A stretch of DNA of 64,000 nt from Planctomycetota bacterium (GTDB taxonomy: Bacteria > Planctomycetota > GCA-002687715 > DRQF01): positions 1-64,000 of the forward strand of contig JAZGFI010000147.1 of assembly GCA_036479435.1 (NCBI GenBank). The letters are read 5' to 3'. This document shows positions 38,879 to 49,207 of the stretch, piece by piece. Made by a program: the position numbers and the translations under genes. The first letter of the stretch is position 1. Each line of letters opens with the position of its first letter. The notes beneath the pieces are model-generated. The model did no database searches and was not told the DNA's origin. It worked only from the letters and a program-made list of their open reading frames with translations.

Positions 38879-40915
38879 ATGGGAGCGGCAGACAAGCTAC
38901 TGTCCTTGGTCCGTGAAGGATTCGATCGCAAGGCCTACCAGGATCTCAACTGGTCCGGCAGTTTTCGCGACTACCTCGCGAAAGTCCATGAGCAGCCCCT
39001 GATCGCTCGCAACGCCTTTCAGCGCGTCTACGACATGATCGTCTCGCAGGGCTTCGATGAGTACACCGAACACAAAGTACAAAAGGTCCGTTACCGGTTC
39101 TTCTCAGATCTCCACGGCGACGGTCGCGATGCGATCTTCGGTCTAGATGCCTCGGCCATGCGGCTCGTCGATGTCCTGAAGTCGGCGGCCTTTGGATACG
39201 GTGCTGAGAACCGCGTCATCTTGCTGCACGGGCCGGTCGGATCGGCAAAGTCGACGCTAGTTCGTCTGATGAAAAAAGGTCTCGAGGAATACTCGAAAGC
39301 CGATGAGGGTGCGCTCTACACCTACTCCTGGAACATGCCAGGCAGCGAGGAGCCAGTTCCCTCGCCGATGAACGAAGATCCCTTGAAGCTCATTCCCGAG
39401 CCCGCGCGTCTGAAAGTCATGGCCGAGCTCAACGAGCGTTGTGACCGCGAATATGATTTGCGCTGCGAAGGAGACCTCAATCCCTTCTGTCGCCGCAACG
39501 TCGAAGAGCTGATGCAAAAGTACGACGGCGATTGGGAACGCATCCTCGGCCACGTCGTCATTCACCGGCTGGTGATCTCAGAAAAAGACCGCCGCGGTAT
39601 CGGCACCTTCCAACCCAAAGACGAAAAAAACCAAGACAGCACCGAACTCACCGGCGACATCAACTACCGCAAACTCGCCGAGTACGGCTCTGACTCTGAC
39701 CCACGGGCCTTTAACTTCGACGGCGAGTTCAACGTCGCGAACCGCGGCATCATCGAATTCATCGAGGTCCTAAAACTCGACGTCGCCTTCCTCTACGATC
39801 TGCTCGGTGCCTCGCAGGAACACTCGATCAAGCCGAAGAAGTTTTCGCAGACTCACATCGACGAGGTCATCATCGGGCATACCAACGAGCCCGAGTACAA
39901 AAAGCTCCAGAGCAACGAACTCATGGAGGCTTTCCGCGATCGCACGATCAAGATCGACGTGCCCTACAACCGCACTTTGCGCAACGAGATCAAGATCTAC
40001 GAAAAGAGCTTCAACGCTGAGACGGTCAGTAAACACATCGCGCCGCACACCATCGAAATGGCGGCCCTATGGGCGATCTTGACGCGTCTGGAAGAACCCA
40101 AGCGTCCAAAACTGACCTTGATGCAAAAGGTGAAGCTTTACAACGGCAAGACTCTGCCCGGCTACACCGATGACACCATCAAAGAGCTCAAAGACGAAGC
40201 CGATCGCGAGGGGATGGAGGGGATTTCTCCGCGCTACATCCAAGACAAAATCTCCAACGCGCTCGTACGCTCCGATGCCAAGCACATCAACCCCTTCATG
40301 GTGATGAACGAGCTTGAAGTGGGGCTCTCTAGCCACTCGCTCTTAAACGACGAAGAAACGCGCAAGCGTTACCGCGAGCTCTTGACCTACGTTCGTCAAG
40401 AGTACGAGGACATCGTTAAGAACGAGGTCCAGCGTGCGATCTCTGCCGACGAAGAGGCGATCTCGCGTTTGTGCCACAACTACCTCGACAATATCCGGGC
40501 CTTCATTCAGCACGAAAAGATCCGCAACACTTACACCGGTGAATCCGAAGAGCCCGATGAACGGCTCATGCGCTCCATCGAGGAGAAAATTGACATTCCC
40601 GAAAGCCGAAAAGATGCTTTCCGTGGCGAGATCATGAACTACATCGGTGCGCTTGCGGTTGAAAACAAACCTTTTGACTACCGCACCAACGAGCGCCTCC
40701 ACAAAGCGCTCGAGCTCAAGCTCTTTGAAGATCAAAAGGACTCGATCAAACTCACATCTTTGGTCTCCAACGTCGTCGACAAGGGCACCCAAGCCAAGAT
40801 CGAAGTCGTCAAGCAGCGCTTGATCGACAACTTCGGCTACGACGAAGAAAGCGCCACCGATGTGCTGCAGTACGTCGCCTCGATCTTTGCTCGCGGCGAC
40901 GTGAAGGAGTCTTAG
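38879..40915 (+). CDS. prkA: PrkA/YeaG family AAA+ serine kinase
   Basis: [50 protein letters not shown]. Confidence 0.95.
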   Translation: MGAADKLLSLVREGFDRKAYQDLNWSGSFRDYLAKVHEQPLIARNAFQRVYDMIVSQGFDEYTEHKVQKVRYRFFSDLHGDGRDAIFGLDASAMRLVDVLKSAAFGYGAENRVILLHGPVGSAKSTLVRLMKKGLEEYSKADEGALYTYSWNMPGSEEPVPSPMNEDPLKLIPEPARLKVMAELNERCDREYDLRCEGDLNPFCRRNVEELMQKYDGDWERILGHVVIHRLVISEKDRRGIGTFQPKDEKNQDSTELTGDINYRKLAEYGSDSDPRAFNFDGEFNVANRGIIEFIEVLKLDVAFLYDLLGASQEHSIKPKKFSQTHIDEVIIGHTNEPEYKKLQSNELMEAFRDRTIKIDVPYNRTLRNEIKIYEKSFNAETVSKHIAPHTIEMAALWAILTRLEEPKRPKLTLMQKVKLYNGKTLPGYTDDTIKELKDEADREGMEGISPRYIQDKISNALVRSDAKHINPFMVMNELEVGLSSHSLLNDEETRKRYRELLTYVRQEYEDIVKNEVQRAISADEEAISRLCHNYLDNIRAFIQHEKIRNTYTGESEEPDERLMRSIEEKIDIPESRKDAFRGEIMNYIGALAVENKPFDYRTNERLHKALELKLFEDQKDSIKLTSLVSNVVDKGTQAKIEVVKQRLIDNFGYDEESATDVLQYVASIFARGDVKES

Positions 40916-40919
40916 ACCC

Positions 40920-42029
40920 ATGGTGCGCCGGATTGAGCAGGATCACTTTCGATTTCGAGAGATTGTGCGCGGCAAAATCAAGAGTGGCCTGAAGAAGTAC
41001 ATCTCGCAGGGCGAGCTCATCGGCCGCATCGGGAAAAAGACTGTCTCGATCCCCATCCCGCAGATCGAGCTGCCGCGTTTTAGATTCGATCAAGGCAAAA
41101 AAGACGGCGTCGGCTCGGGCTCTGGCGAACCCGGCGATCCTGTCGATGGCGAACCTCAAGAAGGCGAAGGAACCGGCGAAGCGGGGGAGGGCGAAGGGCA
41201 ACACGTCTTAGAGGTCGACGTCGACCTCGATGATTTGGCCAAAATCCTCGGCGAAGAGCTCGAACTTCCCAACATTCAACCGCGCGGCGCGGCCGAAGTC
41301 GAAAGCAGTCACTCCCGCTACACCGGGATTCGCCAGGTCGGCCCCGAATCCCTGCGCCACGCCAAGCGCACCTACAAAAACGCCTTAAAGCGCCAAATGA
41401 CATCCGGCGGCTACGACCCCGATGACCCGCGCATCATTCCCATCCGCGAAGACCGCGTCTATCGCGCCCAAAAGCAAAAACAGGAACCGCAATACAACGC
41501 CGCCATCATCTACATGATGGACGTGTCGGGCTCGATGGGCTCTGAACAAAAAGAGATCGTGCGCATCGAGGCCTTTTGGATCGATTTGTGGTTGCGCCAC
41601 CAATACAAAAACATCGAAACCGTCTACCTCGTTCACGACGCCGCGGCCAAAGAAGTCGACCAACATACCTTTTTCCATTTGCGCGAAAGCGGGGGCACCA
41701 AGATCTCTTCGGCCTATGAACTCTGCCAGCAGATCATCGAAGAGCGCTTTGGCAACGACATGTGGAACGTCTATCCCTTCCACTTTTCAGACGGCGACAA
41801 CTGGTCCGGCAAAGACACCACGCATTGCGTGAACCTGCTCAAAGAAAAGCTCCTCCCGCGTTCGAACATGTTCTGCTACGGGCAGGTTAAATCCGCCTAC
41901 GGCAGCGGGCAGTTCAAGCGCGATCTCGATCAGCACTTCGGCCAAGACGAGCGCGTCATCACTTCCGGCATCCCCGACCGCGACGGCATCCTCAATTCGA
42001 TCAAGGACTTTTTGGGGAAGGGCAAATGA
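40920..42029 (+). CDS. yeaH: YeaH/YhbH (DUF444) vWA-domain protein
   Basis: [36 protein letters not shown]. Confidence 0.93.
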   Translation: MVRRIEQDHFRFREIVRGKIKSGLKKYISQGELIGRIGKKTVSIPIPQIELPRFRFDQGKKDGVGSGSGEPGDPVDGEPQEGEGTGEAGEGEGQHVLEVDVDLDDLAKILGEELELPNIQPRGAAEVESSHSRYTGIRQVGPESLRHAKRTYKNALKRQMTSGGYDPDDPRIIPIREDRVYRAQKQKQEPQYNAAIIYMMDVSGSMGSEQKEIVRIEAFWIDLWLRHQYKNIETVYLVHDAAAKEVDQHTFFHLRESGGTKISSAYELCQQIIEERFGNDMWNVYPFHFSDGDNWSGKDTTHCVNLLKEKLLPRSNMFCYGQVKSAYGSGQFKRDLDQHFGQDERVITSGIPDRDGILNSIKDFLGKGK

Positions 42030-43504
42030 GACTCACCCCCGAATTAGCGCGCTGGCAAGAAGTCATCGAGCAACACGCCAAAGAGTACGGCCTGGACGGC
42101 TACGAGACTATCTTCGAGCTTTTGTCCTACGACGAATTGAACGAAGTCGCCTCCTTCGGCGGTTTTCCCACCCGCTATCCTCATTGGCGTTTCGGTATGC
42201 AGTACGAGCAGCTCTCCAAGGGCTATGAGTTCGGCTTATCCAAGATCTACGAGCTCGTCATCAACAACGACCCCTGCTACGCCTACTTGATGACGTCCAA
42301 TCCGCTCGTCGATCAAAAGCTCGTCATGTCCCACGTCTACGGGCACAACGACTTCTTCAAAAACAACGCCTGGTTCGCGCCCACCAATCGCAAGATGATG
42401 GACGAGATGGCAAACCACGCCACCAAAGTGCGTCGCCTCGTCGACCGCATCGGCTTAGAAAAAGTCGAAGAGTTCATCGACACCGCGCTGTCGCTCGAGA
42501 ACCTCATCGACCGCATGAGCCCTTACCGCGGTAGCACGCGCTCGGTTCCCAACAAAAACGAGCCTGCGTCCACCGATCCCCACCGCCTACCCAGCAAAGA
42601 CTACATGGAGAGTTTCATCAACCCTCCCGAGGTCATGGAACAAGAACGCGCGCGTCGCGAGCAAGCCGAGGAAGAAAAACAAAAACAGTCTATGCCGCGC
42701 CCCGAGCGCGACATCCTCAGCTACCTCATTGAGAACGCCCCTCTACAATCCTGGCAGGTCGAGATCCTCGAGATCGTCCGCTCCGAGGCCTACTACTTCA
42801 GCCCCCAAGGCATGACCAAGATCATGAACGAGGGCTGGGCGAGTTATTGGCATCAAAAGATCATGACCAAAAAAGTCCTCCAGGACGACGAGGTCATCGA
42901 CTACGCCGACACCATGGCCGGCGTCATCTCGGCCAGTGGGGCCGCACTCAACCCCTACCAGATCGGCCTCGCCCTTTACCACGACATCGAAGAACGTTGG
43001 AACACCGGCCGCCACGGCCTCGACTTCGACAACTGCAGCGACCTTAAGACCAAGGCCGCCTGGAACACCAAAGCCAACGCCGGCCGCGAAAAAATCTTCG
43101 AAGTGCGCCGTCACCACAACGACATCACCTTCATCGACGAGTTCCTCACCGAAGACTTCTGCCACCGACACAAGCTCTTCACTTACGGCTGGAATCCCCA
43201 AACCCAACAACGCGAGATCACCACCCGCGACTTCCCCGCCGTCAAAGAGGGCCTCCTCCGTCAACTCACCAACGCCGGCGACCCCGTCATCGAGGTCGTC
43301 GACGCCAACTTCAACAACCGCGGCGAACTCGTCCTCCGCCACCGCTTCGAAGACAGCGAACTCGAAGCCCCCTTCGCCAAAGCCACCCTCACCAACGTCC
43401 AGTCCATCTGGAACCGTCCCGTCCTCTTAGAAACCGTCATCGACGACCGCCCCGTCCGCTACCGAGCCGAAGAAGGCCGCATCGAACTCGAAAACATCGA
43501 TTAG
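42026..43504 (+). CDS. spoVR: SpoVR/YcgB family protein
   Basis: [48 protein letters not shown]. Confidence 0.95.
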   Translation: MRLTPELARWQEVIEQHAKEYGLDGYETIFELLSYDELNEVASFGGFPTRYPHWRFGMQYEQLSKGYEFGLSKIYELVINNDPCYAYLMTSNPLVDQKLVMSHVYGHNDFFKNNAWFAPTNRKMMDEMANHATKVRRLVDRIGLEKVEEFIDTALSLENLIDRMSPYRGSTRSVPNKNEPASTDPHRLPSKDYMESFINPPEVMEQERARREQAEEEKQKQSMPRPERDILSYLIENAPLQSWQVEILEIVRSEAYYFSPQGMTKIMNEGWASYWHQKIMTKKVLQDDEVIDYADTMAGVISASGAALNPYQIGLALYHDIEERWNTGRHGLDFDNCSDLKTKAAWNTKANAGREKIFEVRRHHNDITFIDEFLTEDFCHRHKLFTYGWNPQTQQREITTRDFPAVKEGLLRQLTNAGDPVIEVVDANFNNRGELVLRHRFEDSELEAPFAKATLTNVQSIWNRPVLLETVIDDRPVRYRAEEGRIELENID

Positions 43505-43592
43505 CCGCCATTCTGTTGTTCTCGCGAAGTTCGTCCCGGATCATCAATCGCTATTGTGAGTCGATTGAGATGGCCGAACTCTGCGCAGCGAT

Positions 43593-46055
43593 CTAGAGCG
43601 GAGGATTCCCGCCCATCTTGCGGAACAGTTCTCTCATCGGTTCAATGTGGGGGTGGTCAGGTCCCAATTTTTGTACAAGGCCATTGAGTGCATGCTCTTG
43701 GAGTTCTTGAGCGCGTTTCGATTCGCCAAGTTCCCAGAGCACAGCGGCTAGATTGCTCTCAGAATAGAGAATGTCGGGGTGATTTGAAGGGAGGATGCGG
43801 CGTCTGCCATTCAGGGACTGTTCGCAGAGCGACTTCGCGCATCTCAGATGATCTTGATCGGAAAGCGTTGCGGCGAGATTGCTTATCGAAGTCAAGGTGT
43901 CTGGGTCATCTGCGCCAAGTACCTGGCGACGGATCTTCAGGACTTTTCTTTGAAGTTCCTGTGCCTTGTCCAGGGATCCCAACAATCGAAACAATGCGGC
44001 GGCATTGTATATTAGCCTGAGTTCCTCACGTTTCGTTTTTCCCTTTATTGCAGGCAGTACTTCCAGGGCCAATTCGAGGGTCTCAAGGGCTTTTTTGCTG
44101 GCTCCCAGGTCCATTTGAACGACGAGTAGACTGTTTAGTGTCGCCAATGTGTGTAGATGGCAATCACCGAGTCTGCAACGCCGGATGGACAAGATCTCTT
44201 CGTGAGTCCTCTTCGCTCCTTCAAAGTCTCCCATTAGCCGAAAAAAGTCAGCTTGGTTGTGTCTCGCTGTTAGAGTGACATCGTGTTCCGCGCCGTGAAG
44301 TGTGCGAGTCGCGGCCACCAATTTTTCATGGATCGTCTTTGCGCTCTTGAGACTTCCAGCTTCGCTTGCCTGCCGTCCAATCCAAGACAGAACCAGGATC
44401 TCTTCATCGGTCGAAGCAGCTTTGGCTAGGTGTCGCGCATGCTCGAATTCATCGCCAATCTCATCGTGTTTTCGGCCGTCTTCGACGACCCGGAGTTCCT
44501 CGCCGAGAACCCCAAGAGCGGCGTCCCGAAAGGCGGCCGTCTTGCCTTTTTCCGAGTCGCGGAATCTCACGGCTCGAGAAATAAGAGAGTGTACCGACCA
44601 AGACTTAGCACTCGCCTTTCGGGCGAGGCTTAGATCTGAGGCGTTCACTATCCCGCGGTCCCCATCTTTGTCGATCAATCCATCGATGCAAGCGAAAACG
44701 GACCTCACAAACTTGATCGGAATGGGATGCTCGCCCAAAACTGAGGCGAGTCTAAGGAAGTTGCGACCCTGCTCATTCAATCGCTCGACGGATTCGAAAA
44801 GCAAGTTCGTTACATTGGCTACCTGTGCATGTGGCATGTCGTCCGAGAATTCAGCCGCGAAATCGAGAGCGTCTTCATGAGGTTGAGCCAAATCAGCTCG
44901 AACCTCCTCGGGAGATTTTCCGGAGAATTTCATCCACGCACCCACAACCTCGCAAGCAAGAGCGTGACGACCAAGGTCATCAAGGAGCGCCACGGCAGCA
45001 GGCTCTTGGGTTTTGGCAATCTCAACATGCGCGCATAGTAGTGTCATGGCGTCGAAGCGGCTCAGAGATTCGAGGGGGATTTCCTTTTTGCCTACAGCGT
45101 GCCGCTGGCTTTTCGTTGTGAATAGGGTCCCGCAGAGCGAGTTGGGACCAAGCCAAGCGTTCAGTTCAATCCTGGAAAGGCCTCCTGGCAAGTCATCGAC
45201 GACCCACAGGCATGGTGCACCCTTCGAGTGGATTTTCTCGCTCAGCGCGGCGAGAATTCGATCGGTAGTTAGATTCCGGACATCGATGCCTTGCTGTTCT
45301 GCGAGTCTCCTAAGCTGAACGCTCCTGATGGCTTCTTGCTCGTCAGAGTCAGGGGAACCCGTTGCTTTGAGCCAAAAGACTCCGCCAGGATACGCGCTTC
45401 CAAAGCGTAAAGCGTATTCCTCAGCAAGAAGTGTTTTTCCTACCCCTCCAAATCCGGAAATAAGCGCGACGTTTCCTGGCTTTCCATGGCTGCCGACAGT
45501 GTCGCGCGCTTTCAATAGTGAGTGAATTCCCCACATCTCATTCAGGCGGCCGACGAATCGTGGCCATTCTGTTGTCCGTTCTGGGTACCACTCTGGCGGT
45601 CCAAGTTTTTGGAGTTCTCCGAATGTCTTTTGGATGCTGCTGATATGCCCAGCAACGTCATCCGCTGCTTTGAGATGGTCATTATCTGACTCTCCGTCCA
45701 GCGATTTGTAGATGTTGTCGCGAAGAACGGAAGGTATGTGGTGATGGCTCGAACACGGATTGATGACGAGTACCCGGTTCTTTGCTCCGCCTTCGCATTC
45801 AATTTCGGCGGCGAGATAAGCGCTTGTCAGCTCCCACTGACAGATTCGGCTCTTGACGTAATTCTCTGAATAGAACGCCATAAGGGTCTTGGCGTGGCGA
45901 AGCCCAAATTCAATTGAGCGAGTGATACTCTCAAAAGTGTCGATTTCTTTACGGTCGAGCCAAACGGTGAGGCCTCTTGTTTGAAGGGCTCCAGCCAACC
46001 GAAGCGCGTTCTTTGAATCCGCCCACGGGTAGCTAAAGAACACATCATATAGCAT
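43593..46055 (-). CDS. TIR - NB-ARC/STAND NTPase - TPR (NLR-like) protein
   Basis: TIR YDVFFSY...SRICQWEL; Walker A GFGGVGKT; Walker B WVVDD; wHTH VHSLI; kinesin-light-chain-type TPRs (LGADDPDTLTSISNLA, HPDILYSESNLA). The probable start is the ATG at 46055. Confidence 0.9.
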   Translation of the reverse strand: MLYDVFFSYPWADSKNALRLAGALQTRGLTVWLDRKEIDTFESITRSIEFGLRHAKTLMAFYSENYVKSRICQWELTSAYLAAEIECEGGAKNRVLVINPCSSHHHIPSVLRDNIYKSLDGESDNDHLKAADDVAGHISSIQKTFGELQKLGPPEWYPERTTEWPRFVGRLNEMWGIHSLLKARDTVGSHGKPGNVALISGFGGVGKTLLAEEYALRFGSAYPGGVFWLKATGSPDSDEQEAIRSVQLRRLAEQQGIDVRNLTTDRILAALSEKIHSKGAPCLWVVDDLPGGLSRIELNAWLGPNSLCGTLFTTKSQRHAVGKKEIPLESLSRFDAMTLLCAHVEIAKTQEPAAVALLDDLGRHALACEVVGAWMKFSGKSPEEVRADLAQPHEDALDFAAEFSDDMPHAQVANVTNLLFESVERLNEQGRNFLRLASVLGEHPIPIKFVRSVFACIDGLIDKDGDRGIVNASDLSLARKASAKSWSVHSLISRAVRFRDSEKGKTAAFRDAALGVLGEELRVVEDGRKHDEIGDEFEHARHLAKAASTDEEILVLSWIGRQASEAGSLKSAKTIHEKLVAATRTLHGAEHDVTLTARHNQADFFRLMGDFEGAKRTHEEILSIRRCRLGDCHLHTLATLNSLLVVQMDLGASKKALETLELALEVLPAIKGKTKREELRLIYNAAALFRLLGSLDKAQELQRKVLKIRRQVLGADDPDTLTSISNLAATLSDQDHLRCAKSLCEQSLNGRRRILPSNHPDILYSESNLAAVLWELGESKRAQELQEHALNGLVQKLGPDHPHIEPMRELFRKMGGNPPL

Positions 46056-46612
46056 TGGGAACAGCTCCGCGCATTCGAGGACTATTGGAACATTGGTGCG
46101 TTGAATCGCTGATAGACTCGCGACGAAAGCCGACCGTGGCTGCCACCAAATCATTGGGCAATACCGCCTTCAAACTCCCAATCGTTCGCTGGCGACGCCG
46201 TTTTGGATTCTAACAAGCCGGTCGGTCGTGATCCGACATTGTCGTCCGTGGATCGAAAAGTGGCGACGAACCTTGGGCACGAATTCAGATGTGCGATCAG
46301 CGATCTTTGTTCTCGAGATCGATCGACAAGTACACCGATTCTCTCCTGTAATTTGGGGAATTGGGTGGGTTAACTTTGGCGTACCGCTTCCAGACGGATG
46401 CGCAAGTATCTTGAGCACGAGGTTCTGTTTCGGTTTGCGCGTGGATTCTGCGTCACCAGCACTTTTGAGTTATCGACCTTGAGCCAGCGCTTGGCTCGTG
46501 CATCAGTTTTGAGAAGGTGCTGGCGCGCCACTTGGCAATTGGAACGTGTCCCACCCACCGAGTTGTGGCCACGAAGATCGGCCGCACCCGGCGCTATGCC
46601 AATCGCGGCTAT

Positions 46613-46744
46613 CTAGTCGAGCACGTCGGCATTTCGTCGAACCAAGCGTGGCTTCCCTACTTGTCGAGCGCCTCGGACCTTAAGGGGTTTGCGTCGTTCC
46701 TTGGTCGCCCAATTCTTGAGATATGTCTCCGCCTCTCTCCTCAT
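46613..46744 (-). pseudogene. N-terminal fragment of an AAA_14 (DUF4143-associated) ATPase
   Basis: MRREAETYLKNWATKERRKPLKVRGARQVGKPRLVR followed by a stop; matches the family start LxxW...RKPL.lrGARQVGKT. Confidence 0.7.
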
Positions 46745-46915
46745 CCCAATTCTCGCAGCGTGACAAATATGGGGGTGATTGCGGCCCCATTTGCGCCAAA
46801 TGCAAGGGTAAGGTCGCCATGAATCCGACAAAACCAAGGGTCACTGTCCCAATCCTCGGACCCGTCGATTCTCATTAAGGGCCAATCTGGCTGCTGCGAA
46901 CCATCAAACTCGGGC

Positions 46916-47056
46916 CTACTCCGGATTGCCCACCAAGACCCAACCCGCCCAATCCTTCGGGCCGTAGACCGCTTTGCCGGCCCGAGGATTCTTCTCGTTC
47001 CGCAGTTGTGACTTGGCATGCCACAAGGCCTCATGTTTGCTCATGCCACGTCGCCA
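46916..47056 (-). pseudogene. C-terminal fragment of a CHAT (caspase-like) domain protein
   Basis: WRRGMSKHEALWHAKSQLR...YGPKDWAGWVLVGNPE* matches the CHAT terminus AL..A...L.....WA.f.L.G. The catalytic His/Cys region is absent. Confidence 0.65.
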
Positions 47057-47069
47057 ACTCCACGGTGAT

Positions 47070-47113
47070 TTATCCTTGTAAATGCGGAATCGATTCCGCA
47101 TTTGCGAGGATAA
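47070..47113. repeat. 44-bp palindrome with 24-bp perfect core
   Basis: TTATCCTTGT-AAATGCGGAATCGATTCCGCATTT-GCGAGGATAA. Confidence 0.9.
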
Positions 47114-47141
47114 TGACCGATCGAATGAACACCGACACCCT

Positions 47142-47378
47142 TCACAAGCTGGGGAGAGGGCGGAAGTCGATCTTGTTTTGGAGAACTCGGATCGAAAGAA
47201 GGTCATCGCCGTCGAGATCAAGCGAACCCTTGCGCCGAAACTTGGTCGCGGATTCACTGAAAGTGTCCAGACGATAGGCGCCACTAAGGGCTATGTCGTC
47301 ATTCCCAAAGGGGAGGCCTTTCCGCTCGCAGAGTCTGTCACGGCGATGAGTTCGCCGGAGTTTCTTGGCCGGTTCTAG
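47142..47378 (+). pseudogene. C-terminal fragment of a DUF4143 / PD-(D/E)xK-like domain of an AAA_14 ATPase
   Basis: AEVDLVLE...AVEIKRTLAPKLGRGF; no upstream ATPase part in frame. Confidence 0.7.
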
Positions 47379-47421
47379 GTCTTAGGGGGCCTTGGGCCCG
47401 ATCTTGCTATCTTCGGCGACC

Positions 47422-48384
47422 ATGGAAGCCCCCGCGACACCCTCAATATCGGAGCATCAAGCCGAACTGGCTGGTGCGCCTTGGCTCTGGCCGGTGGATT
47501 ATTGCCACCTGTTGGCCCATGGTGCTTCGATTGTGCTGCTGATCATGTTTCGGCACGAAGCTACGGACGTCGGTTTTTGGTGCGTTTGGAACGTGTTTGT
47601 CATTGGGCTGGTGCTGGGCGTGGCGCGGAGCTTGCGGCGGCGTTCTTTGCGGACCGGGGCGCTCACTCGGCTGTGCATGGCCACTGTCATCATCCCGATC
47701 TATTTCACTGAACTTGGGGCGCTGGTCACCTATGTGAATCCGGCGAACTGGGAGCAGCGGCTTTTTGATTTTGATCTTTGGCTGTGCCGGGGGAATCCAC
47801 TGGAGGCCATCGAGAGGGTTTCGGCGTCTTGGTTGACGGAGCTTTTGCAGTGGGTCTATGACTTTTACTACTTCATCCCGCTGTTGTTGGGCGTCGCGGT
47901 CTGGAAACAGAAGCGGACGGTGGATGTTTCGCGGATGATCTTCGCCTTGGCCCTTTGTATTTACTTGTCTTATTTGGGCTACTACTTGGTGCCGGCGACC
48001 GGGCCCAACATTGACAAGTTTGGGCTTTATGATTTTCAGGGGCCGATTCGGGGCCTTTTTTTGGCGGCGGAACTGCGGGAAACCCTGTTTGCCATCGAAA
48101 AGATCAAACACAACTGCTTTCCGAGCGGACATACTGCGGTGTCGCTGCTTTCGCTCATGCTGGCCTGGAGGTTTGCGCGGCCCGTGGTGCCGGTGCTGCT
48201 ACCTTTGGTGGCAGCACTGATCTTCTCGACGCTCTATCTGCGATATCATTATGTCGCAGATGTCCTGTCGGGTATTCTGCTCGCGGTGGGCTCTTATGCC
48301 CTGGCGCTTTGGCTCCATCGCTTTTTTGAACTGAAACACTTTTCCGATCCGACTCTTTGGAGTGAGCATGGCGACCCGAACTGA
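47422..48384 (+). CDS. PAP2 superfamily membrane phosphatase/phosphotransferase (Aur1-like)
   Basis: PATGP, CFPSGHT, STLYLRYHYVADV; multiple TM segments. Confidence 0.9.
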   Translation: MEAPATPSISEHQAELAGAPWLWPVDYCHLLAHGASIVLLIMFRHEATDVGFWCVWNVFVIGLVLGVARSLRRRSLRTGALTRLCMATVIIPIYFTELGALVTYVNPANWEQRLFDFDLWLCRGNPLEAIERVSASWLTELLQWVYDFYYFIPLLLGVAVWKQKRTVDVSRMIFALALCIYLSYLGYYLVPATGPNIDKFGLYDFQGPIRGLFLAAELRETLFAIEKIKHNCFPSGHTAVSLLSLMLAWRFARPVVPVLLPLVAALIFSTLYLRYHYVADVLSGILLAVGSYALALWLHRFFELKHFSDPTLWSEHGDPN

Positions 48385-49162
48385 GCGTGTAGAAGAGGCC
48401 CTTAACCAGTTTGAATCGCATCAAGACCTGATTTGGGCTATGGCTTTGAACGAAGCGCCGGTGCGCCGAAGCTACCTTGAAGAAGTCGCTGGACTCGATC
48501 GGCGCACTGCGGTGCGGACTTTGGCCAAGATGGCGAATGCTGGAATTCTGGCGGCCACTGAGGGCCTGGAATTCGAGATCGATCGCAAGGCCTATGTGAA
48601 CGAGTTTCGCGACCGCGTCCCCGCGGAACGGGCGGTCGAGATTCACGAGCGCAGTCTTGACTGGGCCGAAGCCCAAGAGGGTATTGGGGATGAGTTTTAT
48701 TTGACTCATCAACTTGGTGCCCGTCGTTATGAAGTTGTAGCGGATGCGGTGGCCGACCGCATTCGGGAACGCGCGGCGGCAGAAGAATCGCCGCGGCGGC
48801 AGGATCTGATGTTCGCCAAACGCAGCCTGTTGGGACTGATGGAAGCGCCGAAGGACAACAAGGCGCGCCTTGTCGAGCTTGGGCTTTTGACTTTGCAGTT
48901 CGGCCGTTCGGTCTTGCGACCCATGGAATGGAAGAACTTGGCGATCTCTTTACGCGAGCTAGGTCTCAACAAATCTGAAGAACAAGGCTTGGTTGGGCTT
49001 GAGGATCGAGTCAAGGCCGAAGCCAAGGATCGCCGCCGGGCCAAGGCGCAGGGCGAGACTGAAGGCGAAACTCAAGCCACAGTGGCCGAAGAAGAGAATT
49101 CTGAAAACGGCCTTGTAGAAGACGCGGCCGCCGTTGGCGACGATGCCGCGGTGGCGCCTTAG
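48368..49162 (+). CDS. Hypothetical protein (winged-helix/helical, acidic tail)
   Basis: Overlaps the PAP2 stop. The N-terminal half resembles the post-NTPase wHTH segment of STAND ATPases. Confidence 0.65.
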   Translation: MATRTERVEEALNQFESHQDLIWAMALNEAPVRRSYLEEVAGLDRRTAVRTLAKMANAGILAATEGLEFEIDRKAYVNEFRDRVPAERAVEIHERSLDWAEAQEGIGDEFYLTHQLGARRYEVVADAVADRIRERAAAEESPRRQDLMFAKRSLLGLMEAPKDNKARLVELGLLTLQFGRSVLRPMEWKNLAISLRELGLNKSEEQGLVGLEDRVKAEAKDRRRAKAQGETEGETQATVAEEENSENGLVEDAAAVGDDAAVAP

Positions 49163-49207
49163 TAGCCTCCCGAACTAAGGGAGAGAAAAAGTGACGAGGG
49201 ATTGACG

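Noticed and set aside
38879..43504. prkA-yeaH-spoVR as evidence of sporulation or a novel system
   Set aside because: It is a widespread conserved stress module also found in non-sporulating bacteria.
43505..47390. Island as an autonomous mobile element
   Set aside because: No integrase, transposase, tRNA target or flanking direct repeats were seen.
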